Shown here: positions 50,898 through 62,683 of the stretch, piece after piece | Position numbering within the stretch: position 1 is the first letter of the stretch | Layout: each line of letters starts with the position of its first letter | Origin: Novakomyces olei | Lineage: Eukaryota | Direction of reading: 5' to 3' | DNA: 64,000 nucleotides | NCBI GenBank assembly: GCA_016906335.1 | Contig: JADEYG010000012.1 | Location: 1-64,000, forward strand | The notes under the pieces: model-generated | The model's input: the letters and a program-made list of their open reading frames with translations, nothing else | Database searches by the model: none | What the model was told of the DNA's origin: nothing | Position numbers and translations under genes: made by a program

Positions 50898-53697
50898 TGT
50901 AGAAACTTTTGGTTGGCTTGTAGAGAATAATATTGTATCTCCTTTTAGCTACTTTTCTAAGTCTACTAACGCTGTACTATATAGTTTCTTTGGTTCCAGC
51001 CACCGAGTTACACTTTGGTAGCGCAAGCCTCTTGTACTCAGTTCTAGCCACTCCATCCAGCCACTTCAGCCATTTTGGCTATTCCAGCTATTCCAGCCTT
51101 TCCTCCTCTTTTCTATACCCAGCCTTCCTGTTCTTTTTCTGTGACGTCCAAGCTTGACATATTCCTGTACTCCCTCTCAAGCTTGTTGTCGTCACTTTCA
51201 CGTGTTTCGCCTTTAAGTATCTTTTGTTGTAGGTAGTCAAATATTTTTTTGCATAAGGGCTTTGTAAGTATATCCGCCACTTGTTCTTTTGTGGAAATAT
51301 AGTCCATAATAATTCTGCCCTTCTCAGTAAGGTCCCGTAAAAACATGAAGCGCACATCCAGGTGTTTTAAGCGTCTCATAGGGCTCGCTTTGTGTGATAC
51401 GTAAATTGCGCTGTTATTGTCCGAGCACACTCTTAGGGGGTGGTCCAGGTTAAGTATTTTTTTGACCAGATTTTTTATTCCCAGTCCCGTTACAATTGCA
51501 GAGCACGCACTGACATATTCTGCTTCGCATGTTGATAATGCAATAATTTTTTGTTTTGAGGAACTCCAGTGAATTAGCGATGTTCCTAAAAACATTGCCA
51601 TTCCTGATGTGGAGTGTCTGTCAGATGCTTCGATAGCGTAGTCGGCGTCACAATAAATCGTGAGGGTGAAAGGGACGGTGTGTTGTAACGTGTTTTCTGA
51701 TTGGCTGCCAACCTACTCAATTTTCTTATCACACTCTTGGCACATTCCTAAGCTACTCTTGGCACATTCCCAAACTATTCTTGTCACATTCCCAAGCTAC
51801 TCTTGGCGCATTCTCAAAATACTCTCATAAGTACATCTAAGCCACAGTGGGGGAAACGTATATAAATAAATAGTCGAACAACAAATTAATTAACAATATT
51901 AACAATCATAAATTGCTCACAACTACACGGTGTTGCTTTGGTATTCAATTCCAAGTTCCTTCGTGTCTCTTAAGTAAGTTGTAATTTGTTTAATTAGTTC
52001 CAGACATTCTGTAGTTGGATTTTCTTGGAATCTTGCAGCGTGGGATACGGCAAATGCTATGTCTGGTCTTGTGCGTCTGCTTATCCATAGTAGCATTCCA
52101 ACGCATTTTCTGTATTCCGTCTGCTCAATCGGTTTTCCATTTAACACAACGTAATTTTTAATTGGTGTCTTTTTTCTTGGTGTATCTTGGCAGTCAATTT
52201 TTTTTACTGCCTTTGAACTGGCAGCTTTTTGGGTAATTTTCATGTTGCCGATTTTTCTGTCATAACTGAATCCCATACCAAGGAATTGGTGGATTTGTCC
52301 AAGGTCTTTAATTTTAAAAGCCTGCCCGAGTTTTGTTTTCGTGTTATCGATTTCGTACATTTCTTCACCAATAATAATTATATCGTCAACATAAATTAAC
52401 AAAAACGAATTTCGTTTTGCATTGTGTAAAATGCAGTTTTCTGTTGTGGATTCCAAAAATCCTAAAGCTGATAATGTTGTAAATAATTTTTTATACCAGC
52501 ATCTCGGGGCCTGCTTTAGTCCATAAAGTGACCGTAGTAGTATGCAAACTCTTCCGGTTCCATCATCAAAGCCTTCGGGCTGTCTCATAAAGACACATTC
52601 TTCCAGGTCTCCATTTAGAAACGCCGTTGTTACGTCCATTTGATGGATATGCCATTTCTTTGAAACGGCATAGGCAAGAAGTGTGCGTAGTGATTCAAGG
52701 GCCATAGTTGGTGCGTAAGTTGCCTGATAATCAATACCCTCGCGTTGCGAAAATCCCTTTGCAATCAGCCTTGCTCTATATCGTTCAACTTCTCCTTGAT
52801 TATTGGCTTTCGCTTTAAAAACCCATCGGTTTCCAATTATATTAGCTCCCTCTGGAGCATGTACCAGTTTTCACGCATTGTTTTCCTTCATTGCATTTAA
52901 TTCAGTCTCCATAGCCTCTTCCCATTCCCGAGCGTGCAAACTGTTGCGCGCCTGCTTTGTATTGTTTGGCTCTATAATTTCATTTATTGCCACATGCGCT
53001 CTATCATAAATTCCTGGAGCATGACGAATTCTGGTTGAGCGTCTGATTCCGTCGTTTGAAATGGTTGTTTCAAATTCTTGTGTATCATTCTGCTGCTGTG
53101 TTTCGTGATTGTCCTGATTTTCGTCCTCTAGTATATCGTCATTAACATTAATTGAGTCAGTCGTGTCTTGAAAAAATTGCTCCGAGTCTTCTGACGCGCC
53201 ATCTGATGAGGTAAAAATTCTTCGTCATTTTCTTCAGAATTGGAAGGATATTCGGGTGTTTGTTCAGTTTGTAAATTTTTTGAGACAAATATATTTCCTC
53301 CTCCCATAGTTAAAGGCATTTCTCTTCTCTCTAAATTCTTTTCTTGTTTGTTTGCGTCATAAAATTCAGATTCATTAAATATCACATCACGCGAAATAAC
53401 CACTTTTCTCGTCAAAGGGTTCCATAGTCGATAAGCCTTGGCATTTGTTTGGTAGCCAACAAATACATGTGGTTCACTCCGAGTGTCGAGTTTTTTAATT
53501 CCTCCTTGTTTTTTCAAGACGAAGGCTTTGCATCCAAATACCCTTAAATGGTCTAGTATCGGAGCCTTGTCAAATACCATTTCGTAGGGCGTGTAGTCGT
53601 TAATTCTCGTCGGGCTACGATTTTTAATGTATACACAAGCGTTTACTGCTTCGTCCCACAAGTATTCGGGGACGTTTCTTTCACTCATTGTAGCCCT
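50898..53697 (-). mobile_element. Copia family F 3' half (integrase C-term, RT, RNase H, PPT, 3' LTR 51169-50898), with stops/frameshifts
   Basis: YLWDEAVNACVYIKNR, HLRVFGC, KKLDTRS, HQMDVTTAFLNG, LYGLKQAPR, IYVDD, ALSTCEAEY, QVADILTK. Confidence 0.92.
51681..51927 (+). mobile_element. Solo LTR family G inserted in copia F pol
   Basis: TGTTG...CTACA with TSD CGGTG (51676-51680 / 51928-51932). Confidence 0.92.
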
Positions 53698-55777
53698 TAT
53701 AGGAATATGTCAAGCTTGGACGTCACAGAAAAAGAACAGGAAGGCTGGCTACAGAAAAGAGGAGGAATGGCTGGAGTGGCTGGAGTGGCTGGAGTGGCTG
53801 GAACTGAGTACAAAGAGGCTTGCGCTACCAAAGTGTAACTCGGTGGCTGGAACCAAAGAAATTATATAGTACAGCGTCAGTAGACTTAGAAAAGTAGCTA
53901 AAAGGAGATACAACACTATTCTCTACAACAAGCCAAATTAAATTTCTACAGATTAAGAGTCTGAGTTCAGTCAATATGAGCAAACTCGGGATATCACTCA
54001 AGCTCCACGGGCAGGCAGACCTGCCGTACCTCGCAATTCCGCGATTGGGGAATTTAATCGAGTTTCCCCAATGGAAACAGAAATTGTCGGAGGTGTTGAC
54101 CACGTACGGGCTTCAGCACGTCATGCCCGATTACAAGGGAGAAAAAGCTGCGACCGAGGATGTGGCTTACCAGTCAACGATGGCCATACTTCTGCTTACA
54201 CTAAAGGAAGCTATCTCTGTGCCAGTACTTGACGACCTGTGCCAAAAGGCGCCAAATCCGGAAATTCTGTTGGCAAATGTCAGCAACGCATTTCAGGAAC
54301 GAAAATACCGCCTTTTAGTCCAAGTCAGTAGCGAGCTGTATGGACTAAAAGCACAGAGCTTGGGGGAGGTGGCAGGACTCCACACAAAATTTAATAGTCT
54401 GGTCACCAGCTTGGGAGAGCTGCGAAACGACCTTTGTCAAGAGGAAGTTCTCCAAATTTATCTCAACATGATACGAAATTGCAACTCTTTGAATTCGGAA
54501 ATTCGTGTTTGGGAACGAGCAAAAAATGTCCTTCTGAAGGATATACAAGAAATTGTCGTTGAAGCTACGCAAAGCCACGGCGAAAGCGCCGAAACTGCGC
54601 TGACAACGTTCCGCGCCTCTACTTGTCATTACTGCAAAAAGAGAGGCCATACAGAGGAACGCTGCAGACTTAAAAATAATACTTGTTTTGTCTGTGGAGC
54701 AAAGGGCCATTTTAAAAATAATTGTCCTAAAGCAACAAACCAGATGAATAGTAATAAACTCGGTGAACAATTTTATCAGGATGCCTTTATTAATGCCATT
54801 ACACCAAACACCATTAATAAAAATTGGATTCTCGATTGTGGTGCGTCGCAACACATGACTTATAATAAAACCGGCTTAACCAATTTTAAAAAATACAATA
54901 GCCATGAAAATCATTTTGTCATAGCTGCCGGAAAAGAAAAGTTGAGAGTACTGGGCAGTGGGGATATTTCACTTACGACGTCCCAAAACAAACAACTTAT
55001 TTTGAAAAATGTGCTGTGGGTTCCCCAACTGGGGTACAATTTAATTTCACTTGGCGCATTAGACACAGAATTAATTTCTGTCACATTTGATAATGGAAAA
55101 GCTACACTGTTTAAGACACAGAATAAAGAAGTGCTTGAAACATTTGAGAAAGAAAATAACCTTTATCCCCTTCGGACAAAACAAATTGGTTATATTGCAG
55201 AAAACAAAGCTCTTGCGATAAGTGTTCCTGAGAAACAAAAATTATGGCACGACCGCTTAATGCACTTGAACGAAAATTATATGATAAAACTCGCTAAAGG
55301 CCTTGGAGCAGGAAAAATACAACAAGACCTTGACAAGACAAATATAAAAGTTAAATGCGAAAGTTGTATCAAAGGAAAAATGGCACGCCAACCATTTCCA
55401 GAAGGACGCCTAAGAGCAGAAACAAAGTTTGAATTACTGCACAGTGATGTATGTGGACCATTTCCAGTTTCAGCTTCAGGGAAATGTTACTTTGTTACGT
55501 TGATTGATGATTTAACCGGATATACATTTTTATTCACAATCGCCAATAAATTTGACGTTAACAATTGCATACAAAATTTGGTTAATTTGATTAAAACTCA
55601 GTTTGGAATATCTGTCAAAAGAATTCGAAGCGACAACGGGGGAGAATTTGTTAATCAAGCTCTTAAATCCTACATGCAAGAAAAGGGAATTATTCACGAA
55701 CTGACTGCGCCCTACACTTCACAACAAAATGGTGTTGCAGAAAGGGCAAACAGAACAATACTCAACAGAGTCAGGGC
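53698..55777 (+). mobile_element. Copia family F 5' half: LTR 53698-53950, PBS, gag-protease-integrase N-part ORF from 53976
   Basis: Two zinc knuckles (CHYCKKRGHTEERC, CFVCGAKGHFKNNC), WILDCGASQHM, WHDRLMH, CESC, HSDVCGP, RSDNGGEF, QQNGVAER. Confidence 0.94.
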
Positions 55778-56129
55778 TGTAGAAATTTAATTTGGCTTGT
55801 TGTAGAGAATAGTGTTGTATCTCCTTTTAGCTACTTTTCTAAGTCTACTGACGCTGTACTATATAATTTCTTTGGTTCCAGCCACCGAGTTACACTTTGG
55901 TAGCGCAAGCCTCTTTGTACTCAGTTCCAGCCACTCCAGCCACTCCAGCCACTCCAGCCACTCCAGCCACTCCAGCCACTCCAGCCACTCCAGCCACTCC
56001 AGCCACTCCAGCCACTCCAGCCACTCCAGCCACTCCAGCCACTCCAGCCACTCCAGCCATTCCTCCTCTTTTCTGTAGCCAGCCTTCCTGTTCTTTTTCT
56101 GTGACGTCCAAGCTTGACATATTCCTATA
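55778..56129 (-). mobile_element. Copia F LTR with expanded 9-bp repeat
   Basis: Reverse complement of 53698-53950, with 15 instead of 4 (TGGCTGGAG) units. Confidence 0.92.
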
Positions 56130-56796
56130 AGGAGCAGCTGTATTTTTAGGGGATTCACTTGTACACTGGAAATCAACGAAGCAAAGCGTTATAGCAGATT
56201 CAACTTGCGAAGCAGAATATATCAGTGCCCAAACTGCAACAAAAATTGGGTTGACCATAAACAATTCAATAAACGAAATATTGGACACCAACAAGCAGAT
56301 TGAAGTATATTGTGATAATCAGAGCACAATTTTACAGGCTCACGAAAGAAGCCCGATGAGGAAACTAATGCATCTTGACTTGAAATATTTGCGATTACGC
56401 GAACTCACAAAAAGCGGGCAGATTATTGTGAAGTACATTAAAACGGCAGAACAAGTTGCGGACATTTTGACAAAACCTCTTGGAAAAAATGTTTTTGCCT
56501 ATTTGCGTGATAAATTAGTTTCAAAGGGAATAAGGTGAAGAAGAAGAAAAACGAGTTAGGTTGAGAGGGAGTGTTGTAACGTGTTTTCTGATTGGCTGCC
56601 AACCTACTCAATTTTCTTATCGCACTCTTGGCACATTCCCAAACTACTCTTGGCACATTCCCAAACTATTCTTGGCACATTCTCAAACTACTCTGATAAA
56701 TACATCTAAGCCACAGTGGGGGAAACGTCTATAAATAAATAGTCGAACAACAAATTAATTAACAATATTAACAATCATAAATTGCTCACAACTACA
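56130..56796 (+). mobile_element. Copia family G RNase H fragment, PPT and 3' LTR (56572-56796)
   Basis: VHWKSTKQSVIADSTCEAEY...YCDNQS...QVADILTKPL, then GAGAGGGAG. Confidence 0.88.
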
Positions 56797-57239
56797 GTAT
56801 GGCCATTGTTGACTGGTAAGCCACATCCTCGGTCGCAGCTTTTTCTCCCTTGTAATCGGGCATGACGTGCTGAAGCCCGTACGTGGTCAACACCTCCAAC
56901 AATTTCTGTTTCCATTGGGGAAACTCGATTAAATTCCCCAATCGCGGAATTGCGTGGTACGGCAGGTCTCCCTGTCCGTAGAGCTTGAGTGATATCCCGA
57001 GTTTGCTCATATTTACTGAACTCAGACTCTTAATCTGTAGAAATTTAATTTGGCTTGTTGTAGAGAATAATATTGTATCTCCTTTTAGCTACTTTTCAAA
57101 GTCTACTGACGCTGTACTATATAGTTTCTTTGGTTCCAGCCACTCCAGCCACTTTGACTATTCCAGCCTTTCCTCCTCTTTTCTGTAGCCAGCCTTCCTG
57201 TTCTTTTTCTGTGACGTCCAAGCTTGACATATTCCTATA
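56797..57239 (-). mobile_element. Copia F 5' fragment (LTR 57239-57036, PBS, gag start)
   Basis: MSKLGISLKL... is near-identical to the N-terminus of the 53976 ORF. Confidence 0.88.
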
Positions 57240-57649
57240 TAAAGCACCTTGATGTACGATATATGCTTCTGCGAAATCTTACCGAAAACGGCACAGTGAT
57301 TGTCGATTAAATATCTACAAAAGAGCAACTTGCGGATATTTTAACAAAGCCTTTATGTAAAAAGATTTTTACACACTTACAACAAAAGCTGGTGAAAGGA
57401 GATTCAAGAATCGAACGACTACAAACTTGAGAGATAGTATAGAAAAGTATATCAAGCTTGTGCAGCGGCTAATTACTAATTATAGAAATATAATTTACCG
57501 TGAGAAGTGGGATAAATTTTACCGTGAGAAATGCGATGGCAAACCGGCAGACTATAAATAGACTTAGCTAGAATCACTATAATAAACGAAAATTGAATAC
57601 AACATTTATTCCATTTAACACGTTCGAAACAAACTTACAAGATTCAACA
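57240..57649 (+). mobile_element. Copia family H RNase H end + 3' LTR (57438-57649)
   Basis: Diverged match to 60377-60754. Confidence 0.8.
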
Positions 57650-58277
57650 TTGTCAACGCCATTTTTGACCCAAAATTATCTCCATTATCTTCTTGCATCG
57701 CTTCAAGAACAATTTCTTGTACTTCTTCCAGATTTATATTTTTTGAACGCTCCCAGACACGTATTTTACTTTTAAGCACCTCACATCCCTTGATCATATT
57801 GAGATATATTTGGTAAATTTCTTCTGCATGAAGGTCTTTGCGCAATTCACGTAAGCTCAAGATAAGACTGTTAAATTTCAAGTTTAATATCGCTATTTGT
57901 CCTAATTTTTGCGCTTGCAGTCCATAAATTCCCCAGTAATTTGAACAATTAAGCGATATCTTCTCTCCAAGAAGACGCCATCAATGGCGGAAAGAAGTGA
58001 TCTTGGTGTCAGTGCACTTTTGGCAAATATCGTTAAGAACTGGTACCGAAATTACTTCTTTAAGAGTACGAAGAAGCATAGCCGATGTGGACTTGTAGCT
58101 AACATCATCGATTATATCTCTTTCATTCGTGACGTTTGGCATCACGTGTGCCAGTCCGTAAGTTTCAAGGATTCCGCTCAATTTCGATTTCCACTGCGGA
58201 TACTCGACCAGGTTATTCAATCTTGGTATAGCAAAAAACGGCAAATCTCCGTTTCCATGAGGTTTGAAAACCACTCC

Positions 58278-59017
58278 TGTCAGGGGTTGCTTAGAAGGGT
58301 GCTGGGAGCACTTCGGTAAGCAACTTCGTAGTTTAGTTTAGTTTAGTTTAGTTGTATTTGTTATAACTGTGGAAATTACTCACTGTTATAACTTTTAGAT
58401 TAATTAAATCTACCCTTAAACTATGGAAAACCTTGTCCTTTTATAGACGTCAAGGCTCAGCTCTTATCTTCGTAATTTGCCAAGAGATAGGATTAAGACT
58501 TTCCTATCAATTAGTAATCAGATAGGATCAGAAGTAACCGATCAATTAGTAATCACCTTATCATTGATAGGATACAGATACCCGATCAGTGGCTTGATTT
58601 AATGATTAGTAATTAAATATTCCTCCAAATCGGTTAGATTCCGTATTTGGAGTGAATTAATTTAATTTAATTATGTCATTTTTAATTTTAATTTTACTAT
58701 CTACACTATGGCCTAACAGTATTGTAGGAAGTTGCTTAGAATAGCGCTTGGAGCGCAGACTCTAGCTCTTCTACAATAAGTTAGTTACTTTAGTAGTTTC
58801 GTAGAGTGGGATATTCGGCAAGTAACGAGCCGTGCCCAAGTATAAGAAGAGGAGTTCTTCTACTGGGTTTGGGGCGTTACAACAACCAAGGTTCCGCTTA
58901 ATATAAGTGTCTTGAGATTAGTTCCTCTATCTGCCTATCCTTTGCTACTTCCTGTCAAGGCCAACGTGTGATCTTGGCCGACTTAAGATTACTTCTTATT
59001 AAGTCAACCCCCTAACA
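58278..59017. mobile_element. Solo LTR family E containing solo LTR C (58359-58718)
   Basis: E TSD ACTCC (58273-58277 / 59018-59022) and C TSD GTATT (58354-58358 / 58719-58723). Confidence 0.9.
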
Positions 59018-59107
59018 ACTCCCGTGCTGCTCATTTTGTTCAGACTCTTAATCTGTTGAATCTTGTAAGTTTGTTTCGAACGTTTTAAATGGAATAAATG
59101 TTGTATT

Positions 59108-60754
59108 TATAGGAAAGTATATCAAGCTTGTGCAGCAGCTGATTACTTAGAAAAAAATGAAGTTTAAATCGAAGGGTCTTTAAAGCTAAAGCAAATGTTG
59201 ATGGGGAAGTTGGACGTTACCGAGCACGATTGGTTGCAAAGGGATTTGGTCAGCGTGAGGGAGTAGATTATCAAGCGACATACGCCCCGACCATGTCCTT
59301 AGAATCATTTCGCACTTTACTGGCTTATGGAGCAATGCAAAAATGGAATATTCATCAGATGGATGTTACAACTGCATTCTTAAACGGCGAATTAGAAGAA
59401 TGCGTTTATATGAAACAACCAGAAGGATTCGACGACGGAACAGGAAAAGTATGCAAATTGAAAAGATCGCTCTACGGTTTAAAACAGGCCCCTAGATGTT
59501 GGTACAAAAAGCTTTTTACAGTGTTAATGGAAATCGGATTTATGGAATCGAAGGTCGAAGACTGTATACTATACAGCTCCCAAGGTAATTTAGTTTTGCT
59601 TATTTATGTTGATGACATTATTATTATGGGCGAGAATTTAAATGAAATGAAACGAACAAAGGAAAAATTACAAAGAACATTTAAGGTCAAAGACTTGGGT
59701 GAGATTCATCAATTTCTTGGAATGGAATTTCATTATGATCAGAAAATTGGAAATTTGAAAATAAGTCAGAAGGCAGCAATTACAAAAATAATTAAAGAAT
59801 TCGATTGCTACGACTTGCCTAAAAAACGAATTCCCATAAGGAATTACGTGGAATTGAATGGGAAACATATAAACAATGAAAAGTACCGCAAATGGGTTGG
59901 CATGCTACTTTGGATAAGCAGATGCACTCGGCCAAATATATCCTTCGCTGTATCCCACGCAGCAAGATATCAAGAAAAGCCTACAGATGAATGTCTCGAA
60001 CTGGTTCAATGTATCACGGCTTATTTAAGGGATACAAAAGACAAGGGACTGGAATATCAAAGCAATTCGGTTGAACCAGTCATGAAAGTTTATTGCGATG
60101 CCGACTACGCAAGTGATAGAGACGAAAGGAAATCCACTTCGGGAATGGCATTGTTTCTGGGTAATTCATTAATTCATTGGATGTCAACAAAACAAAAAGT
60201 TGTTGCGTTATCGACATGCGAGGCTGAATATATAAGTGCTTGTACGGCGATTGTGCATACATTAGGTCTCTACAACCTGGCCAAGGAGCTTTTAAAAATT
60301 GAGTCTCCAATTCGTGTTTGCTCCGACAACAAAAGCGCAATTTGTATTGCGCATAAAACAAGCCCAATGAGACGACTAAAGCACCTTGATGTACGATATA
60401 TGTTTTTGCGCAATTTAACGGAAAACGGCACAGTAATTGTTGATTATATATCTACAAAAGAACAGCTTGCGGATATTTTAACAAAGCCTTTGTGTAAAAA
60501 GATTTTTATACATTTGCGACAAAAACTGGTGAAAGGGGACTCTAGAATTGAATCATTACAAGCTTGAGAGGGAGTATAGGAAAGTATATCAAGCTTGTGC
60601 AGCAGCTGATTACTTAGAAAAAAAATGAAGTTTACCCTGGTAATTGTGACTGTCATTGAGAAGACTATAAATAGATCTAGATAGAACTATGTTGGCTAAC
60701 GAAATTGAATACAACACGTTTCAAATTAACACGTTCGAAATAATAGATTCAACA
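59108..60754 (+). mobile_element. Internally deleted copia H element: 5' LTR stub, open RT-RNase H ORF (59230-60567), PPT, 3' LTR (60575-60754)
   Basis: TSD GTATT (59103-59107 / 60755-60759). Motifs QMDVTTAFLNG, IYVDD, YCDADYA, STCEAEY. Confidence 0.9.
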
Positions 60755-61689
60755 GTATTCAATTTTCGTTGATTATAGTGATTCTAGCTGAGTCTATTTA
60801 TAGTCTGCCGGCTTGCCATCGCATTTCTCACGGTAAAATTTATTTCTACAATTAGTAATTAGCCGCTGCACAAGCTTGATTTACTTTCCTTTAAACGCAA
60901 ACTCAATAAAACAGTTATTTAAACAAACACGCTCTACAAAAGTCTAAAAGTTCTATACTCTCGACCTAAGTCGTTTTTTTTAATGACCGGTGTTTCCCGT
61001 GGATATCAAGAAATGTTGTTACAATCAGAAAGTTTTTTGAGCTAAACAATACTATCTGAAGATTGATTTGAGAATTCAAATAAATCATGATTTATGTTGT
61101 TTTGTATATATTGATCATCATAATTATTTTAGATTCACTATAAGACTCGTCTACAAATGAAACGACATCTCGCGAAACAGTTCGGTTTCCGATTTTTAGT
61201 TGGATGAGAATTTAAGCTATTTGAATTTCTCAGTAGCCAAATAAATAAAATTCTTTTTTTTGTTCAAAATTTGAGTTTATTTTCCTTTTGCTTATTTTAG
61301 CAATAACCGGACATTCAAAAATGCTCATATTACCCAGGTTTGGTGTTATGCCATATAAAGATTTGCATGGTGTTGAAAGACAAAACTTTGAACGTAATCT
61401 GTATTTTACTTAACAACTTGTCAAAATAGCATCTTCCAAATTTTTATAGGAACATTTGGATTTAGTAAGAACGCACGAGCTTGAGAAAATAGCGTTTTGT
61501 TGAGTCCTTTGGCAACCCAACTCTGTTTTGGCGTATATATGATATGATTAAAATCTGATAAATTATTTCTAGTCTTATGATAGACTGAAACATTTCTAAT
61601 TATCACATTTAAAGTACTTGTTTTTATAGTTGTTGTTCATGTCATGATGAAACTGTAAATGTTTATTTGATGGGCAGTTTAGAATTGTT

Positions 61690-62231
61690 TATACTATTAA
61701 TAAATTTGTTAATCGACTACTCTATTTATAGACGTTACGCCCTCTGTGGCTTAGATATATTCATCAGAGTGGCATGGTAATGTCTCAAGGATGGCCTGAG
61801 AATGTCTCAAGAATAGAAAAAAAATCAAGTAGGTTAGCAGCCTATCACAAGTTACACTACAACACTCCCTCTCAGCCTAACTCGTTTTTTTTTCTTCACC
61901 TTGTTACCTTTGATTTTTATTTTCACACAAATAGGCAAAACATTTTTTCCAAGAGGTTTTTTCAAAATATCCGCAACTTGCTCGGCTGTTTAAACGTATT
62001 ATTCCATAATAATCTGCCCAGTCTTTTTAAGTTGGCGTAATCGCAAATATTTCAAGTCAAGATGCATTAATTTCCTCATCGGGCTTCCTTCATTGTGATC
62101 TGACTATCACAATATACTTCAATCTACTTGTTGGTGTCCAATATTTCGTTTATTGAACCGTGTATGGTCAATACAATTTTTGTTGTAGTGTGAGCACTTA
62201 TGTATTCTGCTTCGCAAGTTGAATCTGCTAT
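61690..62231 (-). pseudogene. Degenerate copia G RNase H + 3' LTR
   Basis: Reverse-complement similarity to 56190-56760. Confidence 0.75.
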
Positions 62232-62683
62232 TGTAAATACTTTCAATTGACTTGTTTTAGAAAAAAAAAATGATGTTTCTCTTTTAGCTACTGTTCTAAG
62301 TCTACCAACGCTTTACCTGTTGTAATGTGTTTTCTGATTCGCGGCCAACCTACTCAATTTTCTTTTTTGCACTCTTGACACGTTCGCAAGCCCCTCTGAT
62401 GAATACATCTAAGCCACAGTGGGAAAAAGTCTATAAATAGAGTGGCCGACCAACAATTTAATTAACAATATTAACAATCATAAATTGCTCACAGCTACAG
62501 TACCATATAATTTCATTAATTCGAGCCACTAAGTTACATTCTGATAGCGCTAGTTTCTTGTATTCAGTTCCTGTCATTCCAGTTATTCCAGCTGTTCCAG
62601 CTATTCCAGCGTTTCCTCCTCTTTTATTGGTAGCCAGCCATCTTGTTCTCTTTTTGTGGCGTCCAAGCTTGAAACATTTTTAT
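62232..62683 (-). mobile_element. Diverged LTR F containing solo LTR G (62318-62499)
   Basis: LTR G flanks TTACC / GTACC give a 4/5 TSD match, with LTR F motifs on both sides. Confidence 0.7.

Larger units (their letters stand above)
57650..60893 (-). mobile_element. Copia H 5' fragment (LTR 60893-60760 + 59107-59054, PBS, degenerate gag), interrupted by nested insertions
   Basis: MSSTG|VVFKPHGNGDLPFFAIPRL is homologous to F gag. PBS at 59053-59040. Confidence 0.8.

Noticed and set aside
55812-56294. WLE/SSH/PAT/AGV repeat ORFs
   Set aside because: Translations of the 9-bp LTR VNTR.
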